DNA of 32,000 nucleotides from Aeropyrum pernix K1 (GCF_000011125.1 NC_000854.2:30001-62000); one strand, 5' to 3'; positions 1-10,392 are shown, counted from the stretch's first letter. The notes: a model not told the origin generated them from the letters alone. Numbers and translations: made by a program.

Positions 1-2
1 CG

Positions 3-668
3 GTGACAGCTATAATGGGGCCGTCAGGCAGCGGGAAGAGCACACTCATCAGAGTAATAAACAGGCTAATCGACCTTATCCCTGGCGCCAGGGTAGAGGG
101 GGAAGTTTGGATAAACAACATGAACGTCATGAAAGAAGACCCATACAACATAAGGAGGTATACTGGGATGGTGTTTCAGGAGCCAAATCCCTTCCCCCAC
201 ATGACTATATACGAGAACGTCGCCATAGGCCCAAAGCTCCATGGATTGGCTAAGAATAAAAAGGAGTTGGACGAGATAGTGGAATGGGCTCTCAAGATGG
301 CACATCTGTGGGACGAGGTCAAGGACAGGCTAAGCGACTACCCTCATCAGCTGAGCGGTGGGCAGAGGCAGAGGCTAAGCCTAGCACGCGCTCTAGCACT
401 CAAACCTAGGGTTCTTCTGCTTGACGAGCCTACCGCCAACATAGATCCGGTGTCTACCGTCAAGATAGAACAGTCTATAGTAGAATACGCAAAGGAGGAG
501 ATGGCAACGGTGATCATAGTAACTCACACTCCGCAGCAGGCGGCAAGGATATCTGACCAGATACTATTCCTCTACGAAGGCAGGGTGATAGAGTACGGGC
601 CCACTAAAGAGCTAGTGCTCAGGCCTAGACACGAGCTAACCAAGAAGTTCCTCGGAGGTGAGGTCTAG
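3..668 (+). CDS. pstB: Phosphate ABC transporter ATP-binding protein PstB, 5'-truncated by the window edge
   Basis: Walker [23 protein letters not shown], signature [15 protein letters not shown] and Walker [14 protein letters not shown]; PstB-like overall; followed directly by phoU. The reading frame is open to the window edge. Confidence 0.93.
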   Translation: MTAIMGPSGSGKSTLIRVINRLIDLIPGARVEGEVWINNMNVMKEDPYNIRRYTGMVFQEPNPFPHMTIYENVAIGPKLHGLAKNKKELDEIVEWALKMAHLWDEVKDRLSDYPHQLSGGQRQRLSLARALALKPRVLLLDEPTANIDPVSTVKIEQSIVEYAKEEMATVIIVTHTPQQAARISDQILFLYEGRVIEYGPTKELVLRPRHELTKKFLGGEV

Positions 669-1273
669 TGAGTGTAGAGCCGGCGAGAAGGGACCTCGAA
701 GCTATATATTCGAACCTCGACAGAATGTACAACATTGTTGTGAAGATAGTTGCAGACACGCTGAGGAGCCTAGAGGAGTGGAGCATTAATGAGGCGCTCG
801 AGGACCACCTATACCTGGCAGAGAACCTCTCGGCCGTCGTTGAGGAGCAGGCTACATTCTTCATAGCAAAGTATCAGCCTCTAGGCCCCGAACTCCTCGA
901 GGCCAAGTCGCTGATAAGAACCTCCTATGATCTCTACAGGATAGCGAGGTACTGCAGAGAGATAAATCGAGTTATAGCCTATACGAGCAGAGGAGGCAGG
1001 ACCCTGAAACCCTCTCAGCAGGTGAGAAAGGCAGCGGAGATAGTGGCCTCCATGGTTGGAGATGCATACAAGGCCTACAGATCCAGGGACAATGAGCTAC
1101 GAAGGAAAGTTGAAGAGACAGACAACATGATAGACAAGATATACGATGCGATGCTCGAGAGGATAGGGAAAGTAGAATCGCTGAGTCAGACCGAAGCGGT
1201 AGACCTCCTCATAGTAAGGCATCTAGAGAGGATTGCAGACCACGCAGTCTATATTGCCAGGCAAGCCGAATAG
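668..1273 (+). CDS. phoU: PhoU family phosphate transport regulatory protein
   Basis: GTG start overlaps the pstB stop by 1 nt; helical PhoU-like repeats (RHLERIADHAVYIARQAE). Confidence 0.85.
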   Translation: MSVEPARRDLEAIYSNLDRMYNIVVKIVADTLRSLEEWSINEALEDHLYLAENLSAVVEEQATFFIAKYQPLGPELLEAKSLIRTSYDLYRIARYCREINRVIAYTSRGGRTLKPSQQVRKAAEIVASMVGDAYKAYRSRDNELRRKVEETDNMIDKIYDAMLERIGKVESLSQTEAVDLLIVRHLERIADHAVYIARQAE

Positions 1274-1406
1274 TCATGAGAGAACCTGTGATAAGAGTCC
1301 CCGAAGAATCGAGATGAGAGCAAAGGCCTCTAATTTTATACTAGAGCGTACAAAGAACGTCAGAGGTCCTCAAACATAACCCCGAACGATAAGAGGCTTC
1401 CATCGC

Positions 1407-1934
1407 CTATTGTTCAACAACAGCCTTCTCACTATCGTATGCGGCATGGCAACCTTTCAGAATAGCGTTAACAGTAACCACTGGCAACGACTCCTCGCCC
1501 GCCGGAGTCAGCAGAACGAGCTCCTCCCCCGGCCTGTACACACCATCTACCACAACTGTGTCCTCAAACACCGGACTCCCCCCGTACCGGGCTGTAAAAG
1601 AATCCAGCTCGTATAGTGCTGCGACCTTGTAGCCCTTCTCCCCCTCCATAACGAAGAAGGCATAGCTACTGCCTGAACCGTCCGTTGGCATGAGTATTCC
1701 ATAAGCACCACGAGCTTCGAGCGTGTAGGTCTTACCCCCGTAGATTACCGTGGCCGTGCCATACCCCAGGTATGCGACTCCAGCCTGAACGGTGACTCTC
1801 GAGGCCCTAGTCACCGACTGAAGAGTGGACACATCGCTGTACTCTGAAGTATATATAGCATACGCCCCAATCGCTATGAAAACTAGCGCTAGAACAGCAG
1901 CGATAGCTATGGTCCTCAGCAAGGCCGAAGGCAC
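1407..1934 (-). CDS. ccmE: Membrane-anchored OB-fold protein resembling a variant CcmE (CxxxY type) cytochrome c maturation haem chaperone
   Basis: N-terminal TM helix (TIAIAAVLALVFIAIGAYAIY), beta-rich body with VVVDGVYRPG, and C-terminal AILKGCHAAYD, placed where CcmE has its haem-binding HxxxY/CxxxY motif. Confidence 0.55.
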   Translation of the reverse strand: MPSALLRTIAIAAVLALVFIAIGAYAIYTSEYSDVSTLQSVTRASRVTVQAGVAYLGYGTATVIYGGKTYTLEARGAYGILMPTDGSGSSYAFFVMEGEKGYKVAALYELDSFTARYGGSPVFEDTVVVDGVYRPGEELVLLTPAGEESLPVVTVNAILKGCHAAYDSEKAVVEQ

Positions 1935-2016
1935 ACCTCCGGACCATTGTAAATGTTTTATCCAGTGTTTATCTTGGTTTCAACATATTTTGCTCCAAGG
2001 CTAATCTAAGAAACGC

Positions 2017-2898
2017 TTACTGCTGGCCTGGTGTCTTCACTATCTGATTTCTGAGAGGCGGCAGACCGGAAACTCTGACCTCCAACTCGTCACCATGCCG
2101 CAGGTAGCGGGGAGGCTTTCTTGCGTGGCCTACGCCAGGAGGAGTCCCTGTGAACACTATGTCTCCGGGTCTCAAGGTAGCTAAGGCAGATAGCCTGCTA
2201 ACCATATCTGGTATGCTTACTATCATATCGCCTGTACACCCCCTCTGGACTTTCTCTCCGTTAAGCCAGGTATGAACACACAAGCCGTCCAAGTCGTCCG
2301 GAGAATCTATTATGGTGGCCACAGGACCGACAGGCCCGTAGGTATCCAGACCTTTAGCCATGCTCCAGCTCATCATATCTTGTAAGAGCCTATCGGTTAT
2401 GTCAGCACCGGCTGTGTATCCTGCTATTGCTTTTCCAGCTTCTGCGGTAGAAGCATTCTTAATCCTCTTGCCGATGATGATTACAATCTCCCCCTCATAG
2501 TCGGGCTTCTCGGAAACCGGAGGAACCACCACAGGGTTTAAGTGTCCGGTAAGGCTTGTCACGGGTTTAGAGAAGAATGCAATCTGCTTAGACATCCCCA
2601 TCTCCCTAGCGTGCTCCGCATAGCTTCTTCCAACACCCCAGGCTGATACTGGAGAAACGGGTGGTGCCAGCTTATTGTCGAGCGTTACACAGTCTCCAGT
2701 GAGGCTTTTAGACAGCTTGTCAAAAACGCTGTGAGGATTGAAGTAGAACCCCCTTAAACCGCCGACGGCGTTCTGCACCCACCCCTCTACAGTTTCGATA
2801 CATCCTTTTCGTGTATTATATATGCCCATTAAAGGCCCTAAGGGTGTATCCACAGCTCCTACTACCATATCCGCCAAGTTCCTAACCCCAGCACTCAC
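2017..2898 (-). CDS. Fumarylacetoacetate hydrolase (FAH) family protein
   Basis: FFSKPVTSLTGH, YEGEIVIIIGKRIKN, GYTAGADITDR, LRPGDIVFTGTPPGVG and GDELEVRVSGL are hallmarks of the FAH fold. Confidence 0.9.
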   Translation of the reverse strand: MSAGVRNLADMVVGAVDTPLGPLMGIYNTRKGCIETVEGWVQNAVGGLRGFYFNPHSVFDKLSKSLTGDCVTLDNKLAPPVSPVSAWGVGRSYAEHAREMGMSKQIAFFSKPVTSLTGHLNPVVVPPVSEKPDYEGEIVIIIGKRIKNASTAEAGKAIAGYTAGADITDRLLQDMMSWSMAKGLDTYGPVGPVATIIDSPDDLDGLCVHTWLNGEKVQRGCTGDMIVSIPDMVSRLSALATLRPGDIVFTGTPPGVGHARKPPRYLRHGDELEVRVSGLPPLRNQIVKTPGQQ

Positions 2899-3057
2899 TA
2901 TTACGGTTATTCTGATTATAAGATGAAGCTATTTTAGGCTATTTTGGTCCAATACAGGAAGACACAATGTTACACATTGAGTGTTAACACATTTTTACGG
3001 CATCCTGGAGAACGCTGTTGCTTGAACAGGATACCCCTAATAGCCCCTATAAACCTA

Positions 3058-3600
3058 CTAACTTGACTTGCTAAAAAGCCTGGACAGTAATTCCAGGCAC
3101 ACCCCAACCAGGCTCCATGAAGCTATGGAGGTTAGAATGATAACCCATGGGACTCTAAGGAATACGGGTATCGTATAATGAGCATAAGGGCTTGTGGGGT
3201 CGCCTAAAGACTCTATAGCGGCATCATAGACAAAGTAGCCCAGTTCAACTGCTGGTAGGTTATAGTAGAGTGCGAGTTCGCTGTTAATACTCCAAAATGC
3301 TGTTGCTATAAATCCTGAGAGAGTACCTGCAATAGAGTATCCTAATAGCTTCGGATAGGGGAGCCTTCCTTCCATAAAATCTGCTGCTAGAAGACCCATT
3401 ACTAGTATAGAGCCCAGAGATACTAGTCCTACGGGTACAAGGATAGAGGCAAGTGTTAATATAAGGGCCGAGGCTATAACGAGAAGGGCGCTCCTTCCTA
3501 GCCCCCTCTGTTTGAAACGGTAAGCTAAGGCTACGTATGGTGCATATACCACGAGGGTAAACGCGATAAGCGTTGTTACAACACCCATATTATCCACCAT
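3058..3600 (-). CDS. Predicted multi-pass membrane protein of unknown function
   Basis: Long ORF with about 4 hydrophobic helices, flanked by same-strand genes. Confidence 0.6.
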   Translation of the reverse strand: MVDNMGVVTTLIAFTLVVYAPYVALAYRFKQRGLGRSALLVIASALILTLASILVPVGLVSLGSILVMGLLAADFMEGRLPYPKLLGYSIAGTLSGFIATAFWSINSELALYYNLPAVELGYFVYDAAIESLGDPTSPYAHYTIPVFLRVPWVIILTSIASWSLVGVCLELLSRLFSKSS

Positions 3601-3673
3601 TTAGGAGATATTTCTGCAAAATCATAATAAGTAGGACTGTAATAAGAAAACTTCATTTACACGGAAGCGTGTA

Positions 3674-4966
3674 TCAGATCCACACAATCAACGTTATAAT
3701 GTAATGAATTATCAGCGACGTAAAGGCGAAGGTTAGACTGTATTTCAGGAACTCAAGAGCCCTCACCCTATGCCCCTCTCTATCAGACATTGCCACGGCC
3801 ACATAGAGCGCTGGAGCCGCTGCTGTGGTTGCATTACTCGCCAAAGTTGCACTCCATGCCATACCCCAATAAATATTCCAAGGATCTATCCCGGCGAGGC
3901 TGGCAGCATCCTTTACGATGTAGAGGAAAGTCAAAAGAAGAGCATCATGCTCTATAACAAGCGAGAGTAATCCGACAGACCAGTACATAACTGTGTATGC
4001 TATAGCAGGGTCCGAGGAAACACTGCCGACGAGTAAACGGGCAATCTCCTCAATTACGCCTTCAGACTCTAGACCACCGACAAGGCTGAACAATGCAGCA
4101 TAGAATAGAAGAGCCCGCCACTCGACGTGTTTAAGAGCGTTTTCAAACTCCACCATACCCGCTAGGCCAAGCCTTCTGAGGACCTCCACGGTTAAGGCTA
4201 GCTGTGATGCTCCTGCCATTGTTATAAAGCCTAGGGGGAATCCCAGGAGGGGTCTTAAAGCCATGGCGATGACTGTCATTGTGAAGAAGGTTAGGGATAT
4301 GATGAGCAGGCCTCCCCTGTTAGTGCTTTCACCTGAGAGTCCAGCATCGTCTATACGAGAGTTTGGCTCTCTTCTGATGAACAAGATGTAGAAGACTCCC
4401 AAGGTAAGTAGGAACGTCGCTGTCAAGAGGGGGAAACTACTTGGCTTCCCACGTGTCCATATGAAGTCTAGAAACTCGGCCCCCGCTATTGTGTGAAGAA
4501 GCTGCGGCGGCAGGTCACCCATCAGTAGGGCTGTACCCATGAAGTTTGCCGAAAAACCTACTAGGAGGATTGCTAGAACAGGGTTGCCCCCCGCCTTCTT
4601 AGCAGCCGCTATTGTGAGGGAGCCCACAAGGAGGATAACGAGAACGTTGTCTATGAACATGGATATGAAGCCGGAGAGAAGAGCCATATATAGTAGAAAC
4701 TTCCTATAGGTTCCAGCGCTTCTAGATACCAGCCTTATCGTAGCCTCTGTGAACCCCCCTTCAATCATGTACCCGGCAATGATCCACATGCCAAGCAGGA
4801 TTGCTATTACATTCCACTCAACAAAGTTGAAAGCCTCCTCAGGTGTATAGTTCGTTAATAGTATCAGGGCTGTTACTCCTGCTAGGGCGGCGGCTACTTC
4901 GTCCACATATCTAGAAACAACTAGCATTATCGTCAAAGTGAAAAGCAGCGCGGCTACCAGGTCCAT
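3674..4966 (-). CDS. Anion permease/Na+:H+ antiporter-like transporter (ArsB/NhaD, IT superfamily)
   Basis: About 11-12 TM helices; NVIAILLGMWIIAGYMIEGG, SMFIDNVLVILLVGSLTIAAAKK, GGNPVLAILLVGFSANFMGTALLMGD. Confidence 0.8.
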   Translation of the reverse strand: MDLVAALLFTLTIMLVVSRYVDEVAAALAGVTALILLTNYTPEEAFNFVEWNVIAILLGMWIIAGYMIEGGFTEATIRLVSRSAGTYRKFLLYMALLSGFISMFIDNVLVILLVGSLTIAAAKKAGGNPVLAILLVGFSANFMGTALLMGDLPPQLLHTIAGAEFLDFIWTRGKPSSFPLLTATFLLTLGVFYILFIRREPNSRIDDAGLSGESTNRGGLLIISLTFFTMTVIAMALRPLLGFPLGFITMAGASQLALTVEVLRRLGLAGMVEFENALKHVEWRALLFYAALFSLVGGLESEGVIEEIARLLVGSVSSDPAIAYTVMYWSVGLLSLVIEHDALLLTFLYIVKDAASLAGIDPWNIYWGMAWSATLASNATTAAAPALYVAVAMSDREGHRVRALEFLKYSLTFAFTSLIIHYIITLIVWI

Positions 4967-5034
4967 AGCAGATTCCCAGGAGGCTCGAAGACGTTGTCAA
5001 GGTTTTAAAACTTAATCTATTACTGCTCGGGCAT

Positions 5035-5796
5035 CTACTCTTTCTTCCTCCTCTCTAGGAACAGCCGCATCCTCTCCTTAGCCTCCTTAGTTAGAACGAG
5101 CTCGGCAAGCCTGTTCACCATGTTCTCCAGCTCAACTCTATAAGGTTCTACTGTGGCCCGGCGTATCTCTGCCACGGACTGGTCTGGTATTAAGCCAAGC
5201 GACTCCGCCACCTCTAAAGCCTTAGCCTCGAGTTCTCCGGGCTCGACAACATCATCTACTAACCCCATAGCTTTAGCCTCCTCGACATCCAGCTTTGCCC
5301 CCGTTATTCCCAGCATTCTGGCTTTCCTCTCCCCGAAAACGCTCCTACCGAGTGTTGACAGGAGGGGAGGGATAAGGCCTATGTGAGACTCTGGGAAGGC
5401 AAACCACGCCTCCCTGGAGGCTAGAACCACGTCTGCGAGTAGAAGAATCTCGGCGCCCCCTCCTACGGCCAGCCCGTTGACAGCAGCCACTATGGGCCTT
5501 CTACAGCGTGCCATAGCCTCTAAGGCTCCGTGCAGTGTTTTGAAGAAGGACAGGGAGTCTTCAAGACTTTCCAACGAGTACATGCTCCGGATATCGTCGC
5601 CAGAGCTAAAAGCCCTGCCACTACCCGTTATGACTACAGCCTTGATCCCGCTCCTACAAGCTTTACGGAGATACTCGCCCAGTTGCATCCACGCCTCTAG
5701 ATTCAGGGCGTTGAGCTTTTCAGGCCTGTTGAGCCGGATTATGGCAACCCCGTTTCTTTCCTCGTAAATAACAGGGGCTTGCCCCAAAGGTAGCAC
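5035..5796 (-). CDS. Enoyl-CoA hydratase/isomerase (crotonase) family protein
   Basis: RPEKLNALN, ITGSGRAFSSGDDI, VAAVNGLAVGGGAEILLLADVVLAS, FPESHIGLIP, GLVDDVVEPGEL. Confidence 0.93.
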   Translation of the reverse strand: MLPLGQAPVIYEERNGVAIIRLNRPEKLNALNLEAWMQLGEYLRKACRSGIKAVVITGSGRAFSSGDDIRSMYSLESLEDSLSFFKTLHGALEAMARCRRPIVAAVNGLAVGGGAEILLLADVVLASREAWFAFPESHIGLIPPLLSTLGRSVFGERKARMLGITGAKLDVEEAKAMGLVDDVVEPGELEAKALEVAESLGLIPDQSVAEIRRATVEPYRVELENMVNRLAELVLTKEAKERMRLFLERRKKE

Positions 5797-5925
5797 CTGA
5801 AGTCTTATTGTGAGTACGCTAGGGATTATGTCGATAGCATGTAATTGGAGCCTATACGATATTGGGCTAGACTATATCCTTCATAAGGACCTCGTGTTAA
5901 GGTATTCATAAGAGGTGTTAGTTGT

Positions 5926-8900
5926 TTGAATGGGAACCGCCTTAGCCCAGTTAAACTCGCCATTCTCGCTGCTATAGTGTTAGCTGCAGTTTCGTCATAT
6001 ACGGCAGTGGCCGAGAGTGTCAATATTATTCCCGAAGACGATTATCAGTCGGGCCTTGTAGAAGTTGTAATTGAAGGTTTGGACACAGGAGTTTCTTACA
6101 CCATAGCTGTTGAAGGAGGAGCGGTTATCGTAGCTGTTGCTGGCAATGTGAATGTAGCTAGCTACAGTGAAAATAGTGTCGAACTTGTTACAGGGGATGG
6201 ATTAGCGACAGTGTACGTTTACGCCAGGGAGCCGAGAGTCTATACAGTTAGCTTGTACAGTGGTGGGGAGAAGGTCGCCCAGGCTAGCTTTGAGATCCAA
6301 CAGCTCTCTGGAGAAAGTGACCCACCTCCCGATATAGTTGTAGACGACTCTCTCGAGCTCGCAGTATCCACATCTCTTCTCACCGGGTCCCCACCCCCTA
6401 GCGGTGTCGAAATCCTGGCACCATTCATCCCTAGTTCGGATGGAGCGGCGGTTGTTTATGTTACAGGTTCCATAACAGTTGACGACCGTGTATCAATTAG
6501 TGTAGATACTAATAAGACGAGGGAATACGGCGTCGATGCTCTACTTTTAATAGGGGCTTCGGGGGGCGTTCCGGGGGAGAAAGCCGACATTACCGTGCAG
6601 CAAGGCGCTGTGTTGGGGTTTAAAGCTAGTGGCGACAGCGGATTCGTGGTAAAGCTATCCTCTTTCAACTTAACCCTAGATGGGGTGTTGGAAGTTAGAC
6701 TCGGAGGGCTTACAGGGCTTGAACTAGAATATCTTACAATTAAGGATGCCTCGAGAGGGCGTGTGAAGCTCTTTCTCCCCTCCTACAGTTCCCTCGGGGA
6801 TGCATTGGCCACTGGAAACTATATTTCACTTCATAATGTAGAAGGCTTTATTAACGTTGTCCAAGTAAACTCGGATCCGGGGAAAATACTAGCGGTAAGG
6901 CTAGAGTTATCAGGGCCTCCATGGCCTGGCCTCGAGCTGGTCTCCAAGCACCATAATGTTCCACTATACATTGTTGAGGGGCCAGCGTCTCAAATGGAGT
7001 TTCTGAGAATAAGGGGCGTCGGCGTTCTTGCCCTAGAGCCGGACAGCATATTAAAACTAAAACTCCCGCTGGAGGTTGTACTCGAGGGTAGCTACTTCGT
7101 TAAGCAGCTACCTCTCGCCGCAGTTACAGTTGCATCAACACACCCCACCGAGGACCTCCCTCTACTGCTAGCCCCCAGCGTTGAAGTCTCCTCAAAATCG
7201 GGGTCTGGAGGCTACTTCGCAATAGCAGGTATTTGGTTGGAAGCCGAAGACATGTCTATCGGCAATGAAGGAAGCCTCTATTTAACAGCTTTATCGTACG
7301 CTAAACTCGACGTTGATACCGCATCAATCAACAGCTCCACGACAATTATCGGAAGACCTCCAGAGGGGATCCTGCCGGTGGCTCCACCTGAAGCCGATAC
7401 TATATTAAATACCGTCGATCTCAATGTAGAGGCTGAAGAGATAATTGCTCGAGACGCTATACTCAAGGCTGAAGACATAGAATTCGTCGCAGGCTCAGGA
7501 GGCATAACGATGGGTGCTGTGCTCGCCGAGGCTCAGAACCTCTCCCTCAAATCTAACGGAGATGCAGTATCGGCTACTGTAAGCGCGTCGAGCCTGCTAG
7601 TAGGCGACATTGTCTTGTCCAACAACATTGAAGCGGTATTCTCAACGACCATATTGACCTCGCCCATAGAAACTAGAATCAGCCTTGGCCGCAACACCAG
7701 CCTTACAACCTACTCCCTTCTCTCACACTCGCCTCTAATCGTAAGCGGGAGTACAAACGGCTCTTCAACATTTACCGGGACGGCAAGCGTATCAACTAAG
7801 CTGGGGCTGTTCAACCTCAATACTCCAGATCTCACAATATACGTTTCCAGCGGAGTCCTGGAGCTGGAAGCCTACAAAACACGCGGTTCAATCACGATTA
7901 TGAGAGAAGGCAAGGCAAGCATAGAATTGAACACACCGGATAGCCAGCTAAGCCTCCTCATAGCCATTTGGGGAGGGTCTATAACACTGGAAGATTCCTC
8001 GTTTAAGAAGTTTACGGTCAAAACCACTCGGGATGATCTAACAATATTCATGAAGGGTGTTGTGAGGGTTTATGAGGAGGCTTCCTTTGAAGTGTCATAC
8101 TGGTCAAAGCTACGTGTAAAGGGTGTTGACGGCGAGCTATCTGCATCCAGCCTTATCATGACAGCGCCCGAGGGGGAGATAACGCTAGAAGATACTCTAA
8201 TATCTGGTGTAAACAACTTTAGAGTGGACGAAAGTGAAGCCATGCCATACAGGTTTGAAACCTCAAACGTGACAGTAGAAGGAGGCAGCAACTCCGCTAT
8301 AACAGTTAAGAGTGTCGAGACAATCATATCATCCACTACAATCAACGCAACAGTAATCACAGTACTGAGCGAAACCGCCTCCATAGAGGGAAGCTCTATA
8401 CAGGGGAGAACCCTAAATATTCAGGCGTCAAACGGCCTGGTGCTCCAGGATAATACGCTTAGGGGAGAGGTCAACACTATCCTATCCTCGCAGACAGGTA
8501 GTGTTGAAGTTAAAAAGCTCACAGTCGAGGGGTGTAGCCAAATTACGTTAGATGGAGTCGAGGGCTACGTAGAGTTCTCAGCCTCCTGCGGAGGCCAATC
8601 TACCCTCGCTATACAATTCAACGGAGGTGTTTACACCCTTACAGGAGAAGTAGAAGGTGAGCTAGAGGTATCTCTATCTAACGGCGCTCGCCTGACTATG
8701 AGCATGCTGGAAGTTAAGGGAGGCGGCTTAAGGATTGTTGGTGGAGAAGACACTGTAGTAGAAGGAAGTGCTTCGCTAGTTGTTGAATGTATAGCCAGGG
8801 CATCCGCAACGTCGTTAGAGGTTTCCGGGTTAACTGCTGATCTTAATATTGTTGTACGAGGCGCTATGGAGCCTATATGTGTAGACTTGGTAGCATCCCC

Positions 8901-10392
8901 CCTCGGGGGATCTATTTCACTCAGCTCCCTTGAGGACCTCAGCTTGAATATCATTACCATGTCAAACGTGTCCCTAACACTGTTATCCGAGGGTGCCATA
9001 TCTGTAGTACTACCACAAAACGATGTCCCTCTTGATTCGCCCGAGTTGAGCGTGGCAAGTTCGGGCTCGCTAGAGGTAACTGGTGGCTTTGTGAACGTAG
9101 ATAGTCTCACGCTGAAGGGGCAGAGTGTAGTAGTCAACCGTGCTCATGCTAATGCTAGTAGTATCGAGATATCCGGTGAGAATGTTAGCATAGAGTATTC
9201 GGAGTTTACAGTAGAGCGCCTAAACATAAGTTATAATAGACTATATGTCAGAAACTCGAATATCGCCGTTGAAAAACTGGATATCCTCGGTGACATAACA
9301 TACTATACCGAGCCCGGGCTCTCCGTAATACTAAACACGAGAGTATCGGGGTTACAGGGAGGACCTGGATTCGAGCTAGAACTCCTGGGAAGCAATAATG
9401 TCCTAATAGTTAACTCGGAACTCTCACCCTCTGCGATAACCCAAAAGGAGACGGCCAGTTCAACCATAGCCTTCACATCATCAAAGGTCGCGACAGAGAA
9501 TTTGGAAGTCTCAGCATCTCATGAGAGCGGGCTAAGCCTAGTAGCCATTGCATCTCAGATCGATATAAACGGGATGCTCTCCATAAGCTCGAGAGGCGTG
9601 AAACTCTCATTACTGTCCAGCTCATTCCAGGCAGGCGGATGCAGCCTAGAGGAGGGCTCAGACATTATATCCGTCGACTCCAGAGTCAATGCTGGATGCA
9701 ACGTCACTAAGCTTATTGAAGAGGCAGTGGCATATGCATGGGGGGCTATTGCAGGAGACTTTAGCGTGGGATACGAGAGTAGCGCTGCTATAAAGGTAGG
9801 GGGTATCAACACTATTGTCTACTACACTGCTCTGGAAGATAGCACCATCTATGTCACGCTAGTCCCCGAGTCAAGGGAAGCTCTTGTCCTAACGGCGAGT
9901 ATTGCGACTATCGATTGCAGCGACAAGCTGCTTGTAGACGAGCTCGGCGGGACCCTATTAACCGTTGCCCAGGCCGTCGAAGAAGGAGGAGAATGCATGC
10001 TCAGATTTACAACAGCACTCTCAGGGAGGAACACATGGTTGATTAGCCTTAAAGATATAGAGCCAGATAGTGTTGAGACAACTACAGTGACTGAAACATT
10101 AACAACAACCCTCGCAACCACCGAGACAGAATACCAAACCTACACACTAGTAGAGACTGAGACAAGCACTAGCATTATCTATTCGACGCTAACAGAAACA
10201 GTAAAAGAAACAGTCACATCTACATCCACTATAAAATCGCCTGTAGTGAGTAGCATTACGATCACCACAACAGAGACTATAACTGCACCTACTAGCCAGA
10301 ACTACCTGTGGATAGCGGCTGGGTTGATAGTAGCTATTCTTGCGGCTTCAGCAGGGTACGTGGTTCTGAGACGGCTGTTCCTGGCCTCTTAA
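5926..10392 (+). CDS. Very large (1488 aa) secreted, membrane-anchored surface protein: predicted beta-rich/beta-solenoid ectodomain, Thr/Ser-rich stalk, C-terminal TM anchor
   Basis: TTG start; signal-like LAILAAIVLAAVSSYTAVAE; long Ser/Thr/Val/Ile-rich beta repeats; stalk TTTVTETLTTTLATTETEYQTYTLVETETSTS...; terminal LWIAAGLIVAILAASAGYVVLRRL. Confidence 0.85.
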   Translation: MNGNRLSPVKLAILAAIVLAAVSSYTAVAESVNIIPEDDYQSGLVEVVIEGLDTGVSYTIAVEGGAVIVAVAGNVNVASYSENSVELVTGDGLATVYVYAREPRVYTVSLYSGGEKVAQASFEIQQLSGESDPPPDIVVDDSLELAVSTSLLTGSPPPSGVEILAPFIPSSDGAAVVYVTGSITVDDRVSISVDTNKTREYGVDALLLIGASGGVPGEKADITVQQGAVLGFKASGDSGFVVKLSSFNLTLDGVLEVRLGGLTGLELEYLTIKDASRGRVKLFLPSYSSLGDALATGNYISLHNVEGFINVVQVNSDPGKILAVRLELSGPPWPGLELVSKHHNVPLYIVEGPASQMEFLRIRGVGVLALEPDSILKLKLPLEVVLEGSYFVKQLPLAAVTVASTHPTEDLPLLLAPSVEVSSKSGSGGYFAIAGIWLEAEDMSIGNEGSLYLTALSYAKLDVDTASINSSTTIIGRPPEGILPVAPPEADTILNTVDLNVEAEEIIARDAILKAEDIEFVAGSGGITMGAVLAEAQNLSLKSNGDAVSATVSASSLLVGDIVLSNNIEAVFSTTILTSPIETRISLGRNTSLTTYSLLSHSPLIVSGSTNGSSTFTGTASVSTKLGLFNLNTPDLTIYVSSGVLELEAYKTRGSITIMREGKASIELNTPDSQLSLLIAIWGGSITLEDSSFKKFTVKTTRDDLTIFMKGVVRVYEEASFEVSYWSKLRVKGVDGELSASSLIMTAPEGEITLEDTLISGVNNFRVDESEAMPYRFETSNVTVEGGSNSAITVKSVETIISSTTINATVITVLSETASIEGSSIQGRTLNIQASNGLVLQDNTLRGEVNTILSSQTGSVEVKKLTVEGCSQITLDGVEGYVEFSASCGGQSTLAIQFNGGVYTLTGEVEGELEVSLSNGARLTMSMLEVKGGGLRIVGGEDTVVEGSASLVVECIARASATSLEVSGLTADLNIVVRGAMEPICVDLVASPLGGSISLSSLEDLSLNIITMSNVSLTLLSEGAISVVLPQNDVPLDSPELSVASSGSLEVTGGFVNVDSLTLKGQSVVVNRAHANASSIEISGENVSIEYSEFTVERLNISYNRLYVRNSNIAVEKLDILGDITYYTEPGLSVILNTRVSGLQGGPGFELELLGSNNVLIVNSELSPSAITQKETASSTIAFTSSKVATENLEVSASHESGLSLVAIASQIDINGMLSISSRGVKLSLLSSSFQAGGCSLEEGSDIISVDSRVNAGCNVTKLIEEAVAYAWGAIAGDFSVGYESSAAIKVGGINTIVYYTALEDSTIYVTLVPESREALVLTASIATIDCSDKLLVDELGGTLLTVAQAVEEGGECMLRFTTALSGRNTWLISLKDIEPDSVETTTVTETLTTTLATTETEYQTYTLVETETSTSIIYSTLTETVKETVTSTSTIKSPVVSSITITTTETITAPTSQNYLWIAAGLIVAILAASAGYVVLRRLFLAS
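10072..10310 (+). other. Thr/Ser/Glu low-complexity stalk-coding segment of the surface protein
   Basis: Translation is dominated by TTT/TET/TST repeats just before the C-terminal TM helix; typical of archaeal glycosylated pre-membrane stalks. Boundaries are approximate. Confidence 0.7.

Noticed and set aside
2966-2990. Imperfect inverted repeat TGTTACACATTGAGTGTTAACACA between genes
   Set aside because: The arms match only with an indel, and there is no clear placement relative to a promoter; too weak to call.
6240-10121. Antisense ORFs inside the giant surface protein gene (6240-6428, 6456-6668, 7278-7505, 8070-8384, 8631-9137, 9555-9812, 9849-10121)
   Set aside because: Fully contained on the opposite strand of a continuous 1488-codon ORF with signal, stalk and anchor; these are composition artefacts.
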